Sequence record: SRR20825019_998
DNA length: 54,528 bases
Strand: one strand, 5' to 3'
Shown here: positions 1 through 10,715 of the stretch, piece by piece
How the letters are laid out: every line of letters starts with the position of its first letter
How positions within the stretch are numbered: position 1 is the first letter of the stretch
Position numbers and translations under genes: made by a program
The notes under the pieces: model-generated
What the model was told of the DNA's origin: nothing
The model's input: the letters and a program-made list of their open reading frames with translations, nothing else
Database searches by the model: none

Positions 1-3000
1 AGTAGCTTCACCAGTTGCAAAATAGTCAGGTAAAACATAGAACAAGTTTCCTTGACCTGGGTCTACAGTTTGATCAGCTGGACAAGTAAGTTCTGGTCCT
101 AAAAGATCTACAACAGTAATATCAGCCATACAAGAAGCAATGTTTCCACTTGCATCACTAACAAAAACAGTAACAGTAATTGTTGTTCCTATGTCTGCAC
201 AGCTAACTTCTGTAACATCTACAGCAGCAGTTGAAATACCACAAGCTTCGTCTACACTACTAATAATATCATAAGGATCGATAGTAGCAGTACCATCTGG
301 ACCTAATTCAATAACAACAGTAGAACTGGTTGGAGCAACTTCGTAGCTTAGCTCGAAATTATCTACACCAGCACCCCAGCCCCATCCGCCAAGATCATCA
401 TACGTCCAACGAACTTGGAAAGCAGCGTTTGCATAAGCAGAAACATCAATTGATTCTGTTTGGATATTCGGGCTTAAATTTGCATCATAAAGTGCTATTT
501 GTTGCCAAGATGCTCCATCATAAACTTCTACAGTAAAAGTTTGATCTCCAAATTCTTGGAAAGCTACATCATAACCAACAGATGCGTTTGAAGCACCAGT
601 AAGATCGTAAACAGGAGATATTAAACTTAAAAGGTTTACAGAACCGTTTCCAGCAGCGTCATCATTAAAGATTGCAGCGTTTGTTGCGAAACTATCACCA
701 ATTGGCATAACACCTGAACCGAAAGCCCAATTATTAGTACCAGATTGAACGTCTGTCATCCAGCCAGCAGGAATTGTTGCAGCTTCAAAATCTTCAGTTT
801 CTGTTGTAACTGTTGGCATAGGCCCACAAGTAATAACAGGAGCTGTGTTGTCTATAACATTTACAGTAGCGAAACAAGTTGAGAAGTTTCCACTAGCATC
901 TGTTACTGTAACTTCAACTAGGTTTTCACCAATATCAGCACAGGTAAATTCAAGACCAGAAGCAGAACCTACGTTGTAGTTAATTGTTCCATTCCAAATA
1001 CGTGGCGTAAATACTGAACCACTAAATATCCCTGAAATACCACTACCTAAAGTTAAAGATAAATCTGCATTTGAGTAATTAAGTTGTCCAGGTAATGGGC
1101 TTGTTCCCGTTCCAGAATAAGATACGGCAACATCCATTGATATAGCAATTCCGTATGTAGTATTTGCAGAAAGTGTTACAGGAGTATCAAGTACAGCGTT
1201 ACTAGGTGTATTAATACCCATAGCGGTACCAGTACCTGAAGCAGCAGGAGCTCCCCAAGCAGCAGCATTAAGTTCATTGCCTACATATGTTCCTACTAAA
1301 GTGTAAAGGCTTAAATTAAATGCACCTGTTGCACTTGTGTTTATATCAAGATCTGTAATTTCAATATCACTAGGACCTACAGTAATGTCGTATACAACAG
1401 TCCAATTAACACCACCATTATTGTTAGAGTCAAATAAGGTAGTAATAGACCCTGCAGTTGAGCCACCACCTCCAGCAGTAACTGTGTAACCACAAGCTTC
1501 ATCAACACTCTGTATTAAATCCATAGGATTTACACTTACAGTTCCCGTAACTGGGTCAAGGTATACATCAAGACCTCCAGCAGCTGGAACTTCGTACTCC
1601 AACAAGAAGTTATCTACTCCAGCACCCCAATTCCATCCTAATTCATCATCAAAAGTGAATTTTACTTGGAAAGCTGCATTTGCATAAGCTGAAACATCTA
1701 TAATTCCAGTATTTACTGGTGCAACATCGGTATCATCAACTAGCAAAATTTCTTGCCAAGCAGCTCCATCCCATACTTCTACACGGAACAAGCCTAAACC
1801 GATAAAATCTTGCACTGCATAATCAAAAGATAATTCCGCAGTTGTAGAACCACTCATATCATAAACTGGTGATAATAATTCAGCAACATTGTCATTTGAA
1901 CCAGCAGCATCGTCATCAAAAATAGCCGCATTAGTTGGAAAATCTGTTCCCGTTGGCATATCGCCAGATCCGAAAGTCCAGTCCCAAGTACCAACAAGTA
2001 TATTTGTAGACCAACCTACTGGAATCGTTGCAGCCTCAAAATCTTCATACGCTGTAACCGCCACTGGCTCTCCAAGACAAGCAATAACAGGAGCAGTTTC
2101 GTCTGTAACTGTAACCGTAGAAGTACACGTAGCTAGATTTCCGGAATCGTCAGTAATAGTAAGTGTAACTGTATTATCACCTATCATAGAACAATCGAAA
2201 GTAGAAATATCTAAACTCATTGAAGCAATACCACAGTTATCCATAGAACCGTTGTCTATATCTGCAGGTGTAATTGTTGCAACTCCTGTAACAGGGTCAA
2301 TTTCTATTGTTATGTTTTGGCAAGAAGCCGTTGGCAATTCTTCATCTAAAACTGTAACTGTAAAGGTACATGTAGATGTATTGTTATCGCTATCAGTAAC
2401 AGAAAGTGTAACGGTTGTATCACCAACTGGGAAAGTACTTCCACTAACTGGGCTAGCAATAATATCACCAGATATTATACCGTCTTCTGTATCAAAAGCG
2501 GTACCTGCAAAATTAGCTACTGCCCCACAAGTTCCAGGAACATTGTTTGCAATAATATTAGCAGGGCATACAATTGTTGGTACATTACCAACAACATTAC
2601 TTACGTTCACGGTATAATCCTCTACTTCACCAAACGTAGCTGCTCTACATGGATTTGGAACAGAATTGTTCCAATCTACCATTACCCGCATACGTGTATC
2701 TCCTAAAGCAGCAGCAGCAGGAACTGTAATGTCCAGAGTATAAGGACCTGGAAGAGCTACATTTGCAGCTATAGTATAAACCTCACCTGCGTCATTAAGC
2801 ACATCATTTTGGTTCCAGTCAATAAAAGCATAAATATAATCCCCACCATCAGGATCAATTGTTACCGAAATAGTGTTTGTACCACCTGGATTAACACTTG
2901 CTACCATAGCGGTATAATCATTATTTGGGCCACTACCAGTAGTCGTATTATCAATACCCGCATAATTTACATTTGTAAGAAATTCCCAGGTTTGACTTGA

Positions 3001-3090
3001 AAATGTACTGACACAATACTGTGCACTAGCTTGCCAACTAATTGTTGACAACACCATCATCATTAAAAATGAAAGAGTAGTTTTTTTCAT
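1..3090 (-). CDS. Large secreted adhesin-like protein: signal peptide, GEVED domain, HYR-like Cys-containing repeats with inserted beta-sandwich (cleaved-adhesin/MAM-like) domains; 3' end runs off the window
   Basis: Not in the ORF track because there is no stop in the window. Manual translation from ATG 3090 gives MKKTTLSFLMMMVLSTISWQASAQYC..., FIDWNQN...GDTRMRV...FGEVEDYTVNV (GEVED), PTIVCPANI...SGSTFPVGDTTVT...CTFTVTV (HYR). The frame stays open to base 1 (1030 codons). Confidence 0.9.
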   Translation of the reverse strand, partial: MKKTTLSFLMMMVLSTISWQASAQYCVSTFSSQTWEFLTNVNYAGIDNTTTGSGPNNDYTAMVASVNPGGTNTISVTIDPDGGDYIYAFIDWNQNDVLNDAGEVYTIAANVALPGPYTLDITVPAAAALGDTRMRVMVDWNNSVPNPCRAATFGEVEDYTVNVSNVVGNVPTIVCPANIIANNVPGTCGAVANFAGTAFDTEDGIISGDIIASPVSGSTFPVGDTTVTLSVTDSDNNTSTCTFTVTVLDEELPTASCQNITIEIDPVTGVATITPADIDNGSMDNCGIASMSLDISTFDCSMIGDNTVTLTITDDSGNLATCTSTVTVTDETAPVIACLGEPVAVTAYEDFEAATIPVGWSTNILVGTWDWTFGSGDMPTGTDFPTNAAIFDDDAAGSNDNVAELLSPVYDMSGSTTAELSFDYAVQDFIGLGLFRVEVWDGAAWQEILLVDDTDVAPVNTGIIDVSAYANAAFQVKFTFDDELGWNWGAGVDNFLLEYEVPAAGGLDVYLDPVTGTVSVNPMDLIQSVDEACGYTVTAGGGGSTAGSITTLFDSNNNGGVNWTVVYDITVGPSDIEITDLDINTSATGAFNLSLYTLVGTYVGNELNAAAWGAPAASGTGTAMGINTPSNAVLDTPVTLSANTTYGIAISMDVAVSYSGTGTSPLPGQLNYSNADLSLTLGSGISGIFSGSVFTPRIWNGTINYNVGSASGLEFTCADIGENLVEVTVTDASGNFSTCFATVNVIDNTAPVITCGPMPTVTTETEDFEAATIPAGWMTDVQSGTNNWAFGSGVMPIGDSFATNAAIFNDDAAGNGSVNLLSLISPVYDLTGASNASVGYDVAFQEFGDQTFTVEVYDGASWQQIALYDANLSPNIQTESIDVSAYANAAFQVRWTYDDLGGWGWGAGVDNFELSYEVAPTSSTVVIELGPDGTATIDPYDIISSVDEACGISTAAVDVTEVSCADIGTTITVTVFVSDASGNIASCMADITVVDLLGPELTCPADQTVDPGQGNLFYVLPDYFATGEAT

Positions 3091-3289
3091 AAGATTTTGA
3101 AATTTAGTTATAGTTAATATTCTCTAAAAATAAGATAAATATTTGTTAATAACAAAACACAACCTCAATGAAAATAACCCTTAATTGAATATTTCAACAA
3201 CTTATGTCTAAATTATTATGAAAACCAAAAAGTAATATCACTCCTACAAAACTATATATTTTTGATAATGAAGCACTTATGCGTGTAGT

Positions 3290-3949
3290 CTAAAAAAATG
3301 ATTCATACTGTTCTACTCTAAAATCAATAGTAGTTTTTTTTGGAAAATTTTTTTTCATTTTTTTGTAGGAATCAAGACTTCCAACTGCTCTATTTGCAGC
3401 TCCAGAGGGTGCAATTAATGAAACAGTCTTTATTATCCGTGTAGAATTGGGCATTTCGAGCGAATGCACCCTCGGAACCGTATTGGAAATTACTTTTAAT
3501 GAAATATTATATTCTTTAAGGTGTTTTCTAAAGAAATATTCTGGGCCATTTTTACTATTTCCTCCAGTAAAAAGAAGCATATTAATTTTTGGGGTTTGTT
3601 GAAGAACTTCTAATAAATTACGTAAAACTACATCCTGCATTCCAATATCAGAAGCATCCATTTTTTCTCGCTTCGCGGAAGCAACCATATCGCAAATTCC
3701 GATACCTTGCTTTCTTAGAAAATGTTTTCGTTGTTCTATAGCTTCAGCTGTGGTTTCAAATTTTAAATTTAAATTAAAAATTCTGTCGAGGATTACCCAT
3801 AACTGTCCATCCCTACTTCCGTAACAAAAATCTACATCTCCTTCCTTTAATTCCCCAGTTGTAAATCTTGGGGGCGGCAAAGTACCAACTATAAGTTTTG
3901 TTGCGTTTTCAGGAATAAATGGTGGGTATGGATGGGTGTGAAGAAACAA
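3290..3949 (-). CDS. Uracil-DNA glycosylase superfamily protein (MUG/deoxyinosine glycosylase-like)
   Basis: HPYPPF...LIVGTLPP motif, FCYGSRDGQLW, C-terminal SPSG-like motif (APSGAAN); TTG start. Confidence 0.8.
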   Translation of the reverse strand: MFLHTHPYPPFIPENATKLIVGTLPPPRFTTGELKEGDVDFCYGSRDGQLWVILDRIFNLNLKFETTAEAIEQRKHFLRKQGIGICDMVASAKREKMDASDIGMQDVVLRNLLEVLQQTPKINMLLFTGGNSKNGPEYFFRKHLKEYNISLKVISNTVPRVHSLEMPNSTRIIKTVSLIAPSGAANRAVGSLDSYKKMKKNFPKKTTIDFRVEQYESFF

Positions 3950-3973
3950 TTTTATTTTATTTGTTGATTTTTT

Positions 3974-4423
3974 TTACAGCTGATTTTTTATTTCAATTTC
4001 AATATTACTATTCAGCTTTAAAATTTCTTTTACAAAGGTTTCGTTTGTTTTTGGACTAATATAGATCTCATTATATTTATCATAATATACAATCAATCCC
4101 ATTCTTGCTGTTGCAGGCTTAAAGCCAACCCACACTGTTTTCCCTACTTTAATTTTTCGAATTCTATTTAAACTTATTGAACCCCGAATGGGGCCACTTC
4201 TATAAATAAAATCTGTTTGATTCAATTCGTAGTTCGTTCCTAAAAACATCCAAAGTAAAAATCCGACGACTATAGCAATCAAAATAGAGGTCCAATACTC
4301 ACTTGGTTTTATTTCACCAGTAACATGCCCATAAATTGTAATGCCAATCAAAAAAAAACAAAGTGCAAATACTATGAAACTAAAAAAATAATCGCGTCTG
4401 CTTTTAAACTTCATAATCATCAC
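3974..4423 (-). CDS. Membrane protein with bacterial PH domain
   Basis: Two N-terminal TM helices, then T.Y.L...YRSGP and YNKYDEIYISP-like motif ([12 protein letters not shown]); overlaps the yaaA stop. Confidence 0.7.
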   Translation of the reverse strand: MMIMKFKSRRDYFFSFIVFALCFFLIGITIYGHVTGEIKPSEYWTSILIAIVVGFLLWMFLGTNYELNQTDFIYRSGPIRGSISLNRIRKIKVGKTVWVGFKPATARMGLIVYYDKYNEIYISPKTNETFVKEILKLNSNIEIEIKNQL

Positions 4424-5181
4424 CTAATAAACACAGGGGCATTTTTATCTGTTGTATGTGTTTCACTAAAAGCATAACCATCATAATCAAATGCTTTTAG
4501 TTCTTCCAATGTTTTTACATTTTTATCGATTGCAAAACGCGCCATACTTCCCCGTGCTTTTTTTGCAAAAAAGGAAATTATTTTAAGTTTACCATTTTTA
4601 AAGTCTTTAAAAACTGGAGAAATAACAGGCACTTTCAATTTCTTTTCATCAAGTGCACTAAAGTATTCTACACTAGCAAGGTTTAAGAAAAGCTCATCGG
4701 CTTTTAATTCATTATTTAAAGTTTCGGTGAGTGTGTTTTTCCAAAACGAATACAAGTCTTTTTTTCTATTTATAGGAAGTTTTGTTCCCATTTCTAAACG
4801 ATAAGGTTGCATTAAATCTAATGGACGAAGCATGCCATACATACCAGATAAAATACGTAAAGAATCCTGCAAAACATCAATTTTTGCAGCAGGAATGGTA
4901 AAAGCATCTAAGCCAGTATAAACATCGCCTGCAAAAGCATACACTGCAGGGCGGGCATTTTTAGTAGTGAAAGGAGTATTAAATTCTTTATAGCGTTGGT
5001 AATTAAGTTCGGCAAGTTTAGCACTGATACCCATTAATTCGCCAATAGCTTTTTTACTCTTCCCCTCTAGTTTGTTATTAATTAAAGTTGCTTCTTCCAA
5101 AAAAATTGGTTGTGTAGCACGAGTGGTGGGAAGTTCCGATTTAAAATCTAACGTTTTTGCTGGAGAGACTACTATTTTCAT
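4420..5181 (-). CDS. yaaA: Peroxide stress protein YaaA (UPF0246)
   Basis: [54 protein letters not shown]. Confidence 0.95.
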   Translation of the reverse strand: MKIVVSPAKTLDFKSELPTTRATQPIFLEEATLINNKLEGKSKKAIGELMGISAKLAELNYQRYKEFNTPFTTKNARPAVYAFAGDVYTGLDAFTIPAAKIDVLQDSLRILSGMYGMLRPLDLMQPYRLEMGTKLPINRKKDLYSFWKNTLTETLNNELKADELFLNLASVEYFSALDEKKLKVPVISPVFKDFKNGKLKIISFFAKKARGSMARFAIDKNVKTLEELKAFDYDGYAFSETHTTDKNAPVFIR

Positions 5182-5196
5182 CTAATTAATTTTCTT

Positions 5197-5204
5197 CAAA
5201 AATA
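5197..5204 (-). promoter_or_regulatory. Bacteroidota sigma-70 -7 element (TATTTTTG) for yaaA
   Basis: Matches TAnnTTTG, 15 bp upstream of the ATG. Confidence 0.55.
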
Positions 5205-5258
5205 ACTAAAAGAATGAAGAAAATCACATGAGACGCTTTTGAACTCTGTGAGTGGTTC

Positions 5259-5798
5259 CTACTCTATCCTTTTCCCTTGCATGGTAAAACTTAAGCCTTG
5301 CGACCCACGAAGGGAGGTCATAATTGCTTCAAAAAGCGGCTCTGGCGTAGTTGGATTGGTAGCCCATTCAAAAATAAAGTTTGCACCACTACCTCCCTGT
5401 TCATCAAATTCGTCTATAATAATTTCAACCGTTTCAAGAGGTTTTAAAAAAATAGGTTTTTCAAAGTAGTTACGAATTAATTGTCCTTTTGTATTGTAGT
5501 AATCAGCTTTTGAAATGTAAATTGTATCCGTCTCACTTACATTTCTTAAACTTGCAATTGCAGTTAAATTTTGTGGGTTTTTCAATGAAAAACTATAAAT
5601 ATTAGAGTAAATACTTAAATAAGTTTTTCCTCTTTCCATAGAATCACTCTTTGAACTTAAAACCTCTGGTTCAATATAATGGTCTTCCCAATGGTTGGGG
5701 TGAAAAGAACTTATTCCTACCGGTTCTTCACAAGCTATTGCAAAGCTTATAAGAAATAAAGGCAATACTGTTTGAATTATTTTTTTCAAGGTATTCAT
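5259..5798 (-). CDS. DUF3124-like lipoprotein
   Basis: Lipobox FAIAC; YLSIYSNIY, SLRN, ADYYNTKG, GGSGANFIFEW motifs. Confidence 0.8.
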   Translation of the reverse strand: MNTLKKIIQTVLPLFLISFAIACEEPVGISSFHPNHWEDHYIEPEVLSSKSDSMERGKTYLSIYSNIYSFSLKNPQNLTAIASLRNVSETDTIYISKADYYNTKGQLIRNYFEKPIFLKPLETVEIIIDEFDEQGGSGANFIFEWATNPTTPEPLFEAIMTSLRGSQGLSFTMQGKRIE

Positions 5799-5822
5799 TG
5801 TATTTTCTTTATGCTAAAGTTA

Positions 5823-7058
5823 TTATTTTTTTGGAATTCCGTCACGAGTTTCTTGCAATTCATTGATTTGCCATCGTCTAGCTCCTTGTTGTTTTGCAAA
5901 ATCTAATCCTTTTTTAATTGCAGTAGATGCGCCCTCAGTATCTCCTTTTACTAGTTTAACTTTTGCCAAAACATTATAGCTGTCAAAATTATTTGGGTTT
6001 ATGGTTAGCGCTTCATTTAATAAGCTTTCAGCTTCATCATATTTTTTCTCGGCAATAAGTTTTCCGGCGCGATATGTATTAAAAAGCACAAGACCATTCG
6101 GGTTCAATTCTTTTAATGCAGCTTGTACTTCTTTTAGTTTCATTTCATCTTTTTGAAGCATATAGTGCGTATTTCCAATCACAGTGTAAGGAATATTGAA
6201 AATACTTCCATAATGACTTTGCACTTCAGCATAATGGTTTTTCATTTCTACTGCAGAAGCAAAATATTCTTTTTCAACAAACCATTTTTCGAAAATGGCA
6301 CTCAAAGCCCATTTATAAGTTAAAAGCCCAACTGAATTATGGTTTTCACCAGGAAATTCTTGAAATTTCACGTTTTTATCCATAATTTTTTTTGGTACTT
6401 TTTTCAAAAATCTTGCTACACCCATTCCTTTTTCATTAGCAAGAGAAAAATAAACGTTTGTTGTTGTGCTTTCAGTTGCACCCCAAGTGTTTTTCATAAT
6501 CACTTCCATGGCGTTATTCCCCCAATATAAGGCGGGACTAATAGCAATATAATTATTAAAAAGATTGGGGTTGTTTAAGGCGGTATTCACAATAAATATT
6601 CCCCCTGCAGAATGCCCTCCTAGAATTTTATAGTCGGATGCCTTATAGTTTTTATTAATATAGGGAATCAATTCCTTTGCTATAAAACTTGTCATTTCTT
6701 CAGCATTTCCACTGTCTTCAACTCCTGCGATATTTGGTTTGCAGTTTTTTCGGTATTCGGTTGTACCTTTTCCTGAAATTGCTATCAAAATCATTTCCGG
6801 GATAACTTCGCTTATTGCACCTTGTAATTCTAGAAAACCAGCTACATATTGAAAGTTATAATCCCCATCTAGAATATAAAGAACAGGATACTTTTGGTTT
6901 ATAGCAGTATTGTATGAAGGAGGAAGATAGATAGAAAATTCACGATTTTGTTGCAATATTTCCGAATACATTGCATCGCGTTTTCCAATAGAAATATCTT
7001 GTGAAATACCACTCTGAAAAACAAAAAATAGTAAAAAATATAGATAAAACTGCTTCAT
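5823..7058 (-). CDS. Exported alpha/beta hydrolase (IroE/esterase family) with C-terminal TPR
   Basis: Signal peptide; YPVLYILDG, GHSAGG nucleophile, E.H motif; TPR-like C-terminus (YDEAESLLNEALTINPNNFDSYNVLAK). Confidence 0.85.
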   Translation of the reverse strand: MKQFYLYFLLFFVFQSGISQDISIGKRDAMYSEILQQNREFSIYLPPSYNTAINQKYPVLYILDGDYNFQYVAGFLELQGAISEVIPEMILIAISGKGTTEYRKNCKPNIAGVEDSGNAEEMTSFIAKELIPYINKNYKASDYKILGGHSAGGIFIVNTALNNPNLFNNYIAISPALYWGNNAMEVIMKNTWGATESTTTNVYFSLANEKGMGVARFLKKVPKKIMDKNVKFQEFPGENHNSVGLLTYKWALSAIFEKWFVEKEYFASAVEMKNHYAEVQSHYGSIFNIPYTVIGNTHYMLQKDEMKLKEVQAALKELNPNGLVLFNTYRAGKLIAEKKYDEAESLLNEALTINPNNFDSYNVLAKVKLVKGDTEGASTAIKKGLDFAKQQGARRWQINELQETRDGIPKK

Positions 7059-7137
7059 TCTTTGTCCGTTTTTAATTTACTTATTCAATTTAAATAGTTT
7101 TATACGCTAGAATTATTTTAAATTAACTAGCGCATTA

Positions 7138-8613
7138 TTAAACTATAGGCTGAATAATGTTTAATGACTTATACACTTTCTGAATTCCTTTTTTAGTATC
7201 AGAAAGCACAATTAAAACATCATCTTCATTAATTACTGTTGCACCGTTTGGCGTTAAATATTTATCATCCCTCTTAATCATAGCAATAATTGCTGTTTTT
7301 GGAAACTCTAAATCAACAATTTTTTTGCCGACTGCCAAATTTCCGTTGGAAATACCAATTTCACGCATTTCAGTTTTAGGGTGTTCTGATAAAAAAGCAT
7401 CGGTTGGGCTTTGTGGTTTCACCTTATCAGGAAGCCCAACATTCAACCATTTTGCTACTATAGAAAGGGTGGTTCCTTGAATTAAAATAGAGGTTAGTGA
7501 AATGAAAAATACAATGTTAAAAATCATATTTGCTTTGTCAATACCTGCCAATAAAGGATATGTAGCAAATACAATTGGCACAGCGCCACGCAACCCAACC
7601 CATGAAATATAAAAACGACGTCGTAATTTCATTTTAAAGGGAATCAAACTTATAAAAACCCCCAAAGGCCGCGCTACAAACATTAAGAATAAAGATATTA
7701 CAAGACCAATACCAATTACAGGAATTATTTGTGTTGGAAAAACCAACAACCCTAAAGTAAGGAAAAGAACAATCTGCATTAACCATGCAAGACCATCATA
7801 CATTTTTAGAATGGTTTTTTTATGGATAAGGTATTGGTTCCCTAAATAAACCGCACAAATATAAATAGCTAAAAAGCCGTTTCCTCCTACAAAATCTGTT
7901 GCTGAAAAAGTAATAAACATTAACGCAATTACCAAAACAGGATAAAGACCTTCAAAATCTAATTGAATTCTATTTATTACAATTTTGCTTAGCTTTCCAA
8001 AAGCAAAACCTGCTATTCCCCCAATAATCATTTGCTGCAAAAACAATGGAATCATAGAAGCAACGCCTTGGTCTTCATTCACCACTAAGCCCAAAAAGGC
8101 AATGGTAAGAACGTATGCCATGGGGTCGTTACTTCCGCTTTCCATTTCGAGTGTAGGTCGTAAATTGGTTTTAAGCGCAAGATTTTTTGAGCGCAATATG
8201 GAAAATACAGCAGCAGCATCTGTAGATGAAACAATGCTTCCAAGAAGTAAACTTTCATAAATTGTAAAATCAGTAACGTAATAAACAAAGGTTCCAAGTG
8301 ATACAGCCGTCAACAATACCCCTAGTGTAGAAAGCGCTATACCTTCTTTCATAATCGGCTTAACGGCTTTCCAGTTAGTGTCTAAACCTCCCGAAAACAA
8401 TATGAAATTTAAAGAAATAACACCTATAAGCTGCGTAATATGCGGGTCATTGAATGTAATTCCTCCAATACCATCTTCTCCTGCGAGCATACCAATGCCC
8501 AAGAAAAGCACCAATGTAGGAACACCAAATTTATAAGAAGTTTTGCCGGCTATTATGCTTATAAAAAGCAATAAAGAACCTACAAGCAGAATGTTTTCAA
8601 TCGTTAAATTCAA
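7138..8613 (-). CDS. Potassium/proton antiporter (CvrA/NhaP2-like, CPA1) with TrkA-C domain
   Basis: LFSGGL, SSTDAAAVFSILR, LEMESGSNDPMA, WVGLRGAVPIVFA; soluble C-terminal TrkA-C-like region. Confidence 0.92.
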   Translation of the reverse strand: MNLTIENILLVGSLLLFISIIAGKTSYKFGVPTLVLFLGIGMLAGEDGIGGITFNDPHITQLIGVISLNFILFSGGLDTNWKAVKPIMKEGIALSTLGVLLTAVSLGTFVYYVTDFTIYESLLLGSIVSSTDAAAVFSILRSKNLALKTNLRPTLEMESGSNDPMAYVLTIAFLGLVVNEDQGVASMIPLFLQQMIIGGIAGFAFGKLSKIVINRIQLDFEGLYPVLVIALMFITFSATDFVGGNGFLAIYICAVYLGNQYLIHKKTILKMYDGLAWLMQIVLFLTLGLLVFPTQIIPVIGIGLVISLFLMFVARPLGVFISLIPFKMKLRRRFYISWVGLRGAVPIVFATYPLLAGIDKANMIFNIVFFISLTSILIQGTTLSIVAKWLNVGLPDKVKPQSPTDAFLSEHPKTEMREIGISNGNLAVGKKIVDLEFPKTAIIAMIKRDDKYLTPNGATVINEDDVLIVLSDTKKGIQKVYKSLNIIQPIV

Positions 8614-8651
8614 CTATATATAGAAGTTTTAAATGGTTTTTTCACTTTTCA

Positions 8652-8659
8652 CAAAAATA
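8652..8659 (-). promoter_or_regulatory. Candidate -7 element (TATTTTTG) for the antiporter
   Basis: TAnnTTTG match upstream of the start. Confidence 0.45.
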
Positions 8660-8775
8660 GAACTTTTAAAGCTTAAAAGTTTTGAGAATTTCAATTTATT
8701 CGTACATAGAAGTATTAAACTTTATTCCATATTTAACAAATAAGCCTAATTTTACATATTAATATAAAAAGCACA

Positions 8776-9573
8776 ATGATTGAAGAAAAAATTGAGCTCA
8801 GAACCGTAAACGTTACACGCTATATTACCCCATTGCGTGAAGGTGGTTCCTTGCCAGCTTTGGCTGAAGCAGACGACGACTTTAAATATGTACTTAAATT
8901 TCGTGGTGCTGGCCACGGGGTAAAAGCATTAATCTCGGAACTTTTAGGAGGTGAAATTGCACGTACATTAGGACTTAGAATACCAGAGCTCGTTTTTGCT
9001 AACCTTGATGAAGCTTTTGGTCAAAGTGAAGCTGATGAAGAAATTCAAGATCTTCTAAAAGGCAGTCGTGGCCTTAACTTAGCCCTTCATTTTCTTTCTG
9101 GCGCAATAACATTTGATCCTGTAGTAACAGAAGTTGAAGCAAGTTTGGCGTCCAAAATTGTTTGGTTAGATGCATTTACAACCAATATAGATCGTACCGT
9201 AAAAAACACAAACATGCTTATTTGGCATAAAGAATTGTGGCTTATAGACAACGGCGCAACATTCTATTTTCACCATTCTTGGAGCAATTGGGAAAAAGCA
9301 GCACTCAGCACTTTTCCATATATAAAAGATCATGTGCTTTTACCACAAGCCTCTTTAATAGAAAAAATTAATGATGAAATGATTGCGCTTTTACCAGATG
9401 AAAAATTGCGTGAAATAACCAATCTAATTCCAACAACATGGTTGGAATGGGAAGGTTCTGAAATGAATTCAGAAGAAATTAGAGAAGTCTATTATCAATT
9501 TTTAGTACTAAGACGAAATAATTCAACCAACTTTGTAAAACAGATTTGTGATGCCAGGAAAACACTTGTATGA
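8776..9573 (+). CDS. HipA-like (HipA_2-type) kinase
   Basis: PLREGGSLP Gly-rich loop, YVLKFRGAG, N.DR...NTNML catalytic loop, LIDNG metal-binding motif. Confidence 0.85.
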   Translation: MIEEKIELRTVNVTRYITPLREGGSLPALAEADDDFKYVLKFRGAGHGVKALISELLGGEIARTLGLRIPELVFANLDEAFGQSEADEEIQDLLKGSRGLNLALHFLSGAITFDPVVTEVEASLASKIVWLDAFTTNIDRTVKNTNMLIWHKELWLIDNGATFYFHHSWSNWEKAALSTFPYIKDHVLLPQASLIEKINDEMIALLPDEKLREITNLIPTTWLEWEGSEMNSEEIREVYYQFLVLRRNNSTNFVKQICDARKTLV

Positions 9574-9934
9574 ATACGCGGTAATACGTTTGGTACCACG
9601 CGTAGAACGCGAGGAATTTCTAAATGTTGGAATAATATTGTTTAGCAAAAAAGCTAATTACCTGAATTGTAAGCAACAAATTAACACCGAAAAACTAAAA
9701 CTTTTTTCCTGTGAATTGGAAGTTGAAGAAATTCAAATAAACCTAAAAGCTTTCGAAAAAATTTGTTCTGGCGCTAAAGATGGCGGAACGGTTTCGCAAT
9801 GGGAAAAACCAGATAGATTTCGCTGGCTTACTGCACAACGTAGTTCCTCTATACAAACTTCGCGCCCTCATAATGGGTTTAGCAATGATTTAGACGCAAC
9901 TTTAGAAAGACTTTTTAAAGAATTGGTGCTATAA
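9551..9934 (+). CDS. DUF3037 family protein
   Basis: YEYAVIRLVPRVEREEFLNVG, RFRWLTAQRSSSIQTS; ATG at 9551 overlaps the kinase 3' end. Confidence 0.85.
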   Translation: MPGKHLYEYAVIRLVPRVEREEFLNVGIILFSKKANYLNCKQQINTEKLKLFSCELEVEEIQINLKAFEKICSGAKDGGTVSQWEKPDRFRWLTAQRSSSIQTSRPHNGFSNDLDATLERLFKELVL

Positions 9935-10004
9935 AAACAACAACTCTTTTCCATAAAATAAGTGTATAAAAAAGAGTGGCATTTTAATTTTACATACCTA
10001 TTTA

Positions 10005-10715
10005 CTATCGGTATTCTGGGTTTTCAAAATTCCAACGTGACCCATCGTCCCAATCGCTTCGGGAATTTCCGTATTTAGGATAGCCCCCTTGATCTTTTAG
10101 CATTTTTGCCAAATGAAGCAAGTTATAAGTCATAAAAGTAGTATTTCTATTAGTAAAATCGTTATTCTTCGCTCCGCTTTCCTTGTCTAAATAACTTGGT
10201 CCTGGCCCCGCTTCACCAATCCAACCACAATCTGCTTGCGGCGGAATACTATAACCTACATGTTGCAAAGCATATAAAATACCCATCGAACAATGTTTTA
10301 TACCATCTTCATTTCCTGTAATAATGCAACCTCCTACTTTTCCGTAGAAATAATATTGGCCTTTTTCATTTTGAAGTCCACTCATAGCATATAGCCGTTC
10401 AATCAATTTTGTAGCGACTGAAGATTTTTCTCCCAGCCAAATTGGAGTGCCTATAATTAATATATCAGCAGCATCCACTTTTTTCCATATTTCTGGCCAA
10501 GCATCTTCTTTCACTCCATGCTCGGTCATGTCAGGATATACGCCATAAGCAACAGGGTGATCTACAAGTCGAATATTTTCGAATGCAACCCCTTCGGCTT
10601 TCATTATTTTTTGTGAAACATCTATTAATCCCTGTGTGTGACTAACCTCTGGGGATTGCTTTAAAGTACAGTTAATGTAAAGTACTTTTAATTTTGAAAA
10701 ATCTGGTTTTTGCAT
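10005..10715 (-). CDS. Flavodoxin family / NAD(P)H-dependent FMN reductase
   Basis: INCTLKQSP..SHT phosphate loop, ADILIIGTPIWLG, GNEDG. Confidence 0.85.
   Translation of the reverse strand: MQKPDFSKLKVLYINCTLKQSPEVSHTQGLIDVSQKIMKAEGVAFENIRLVDHPVAYGVYPDMTEHGVKEDAWPEIWKKVDAADILIIGTPIWLGEKSSVATKLIERLYAMSGLQNEKGQYYFYGKVGGCIITGNEDGIKHCSMGILYALQHVGYSIPPQADCGWIGEAGPGPSYLDKESGAKNNDFTNRNTTFMTYNLLHLAKMLKDQGGYPKYGNSRSDWDDGSRWNFENPEYR

Noticed and set aside
330-3000. Plus-strand ORFs 330-536, 1889-2617 and 2809-3000
   Set aside because: Antisense shadows of the minus-strand adhesin, which has clear domain motifs
3142-3156. TTTGTTA-A-TAACAAA palindrome and similar TTAAC/GTTAA pairs near 19630, 25310 and 39160
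   Set aside because: Spacing is inconsistent between sites and such short motifs are expected by chance in AT-rich DNA; regulator sites cannot be supported without a genome-wide test
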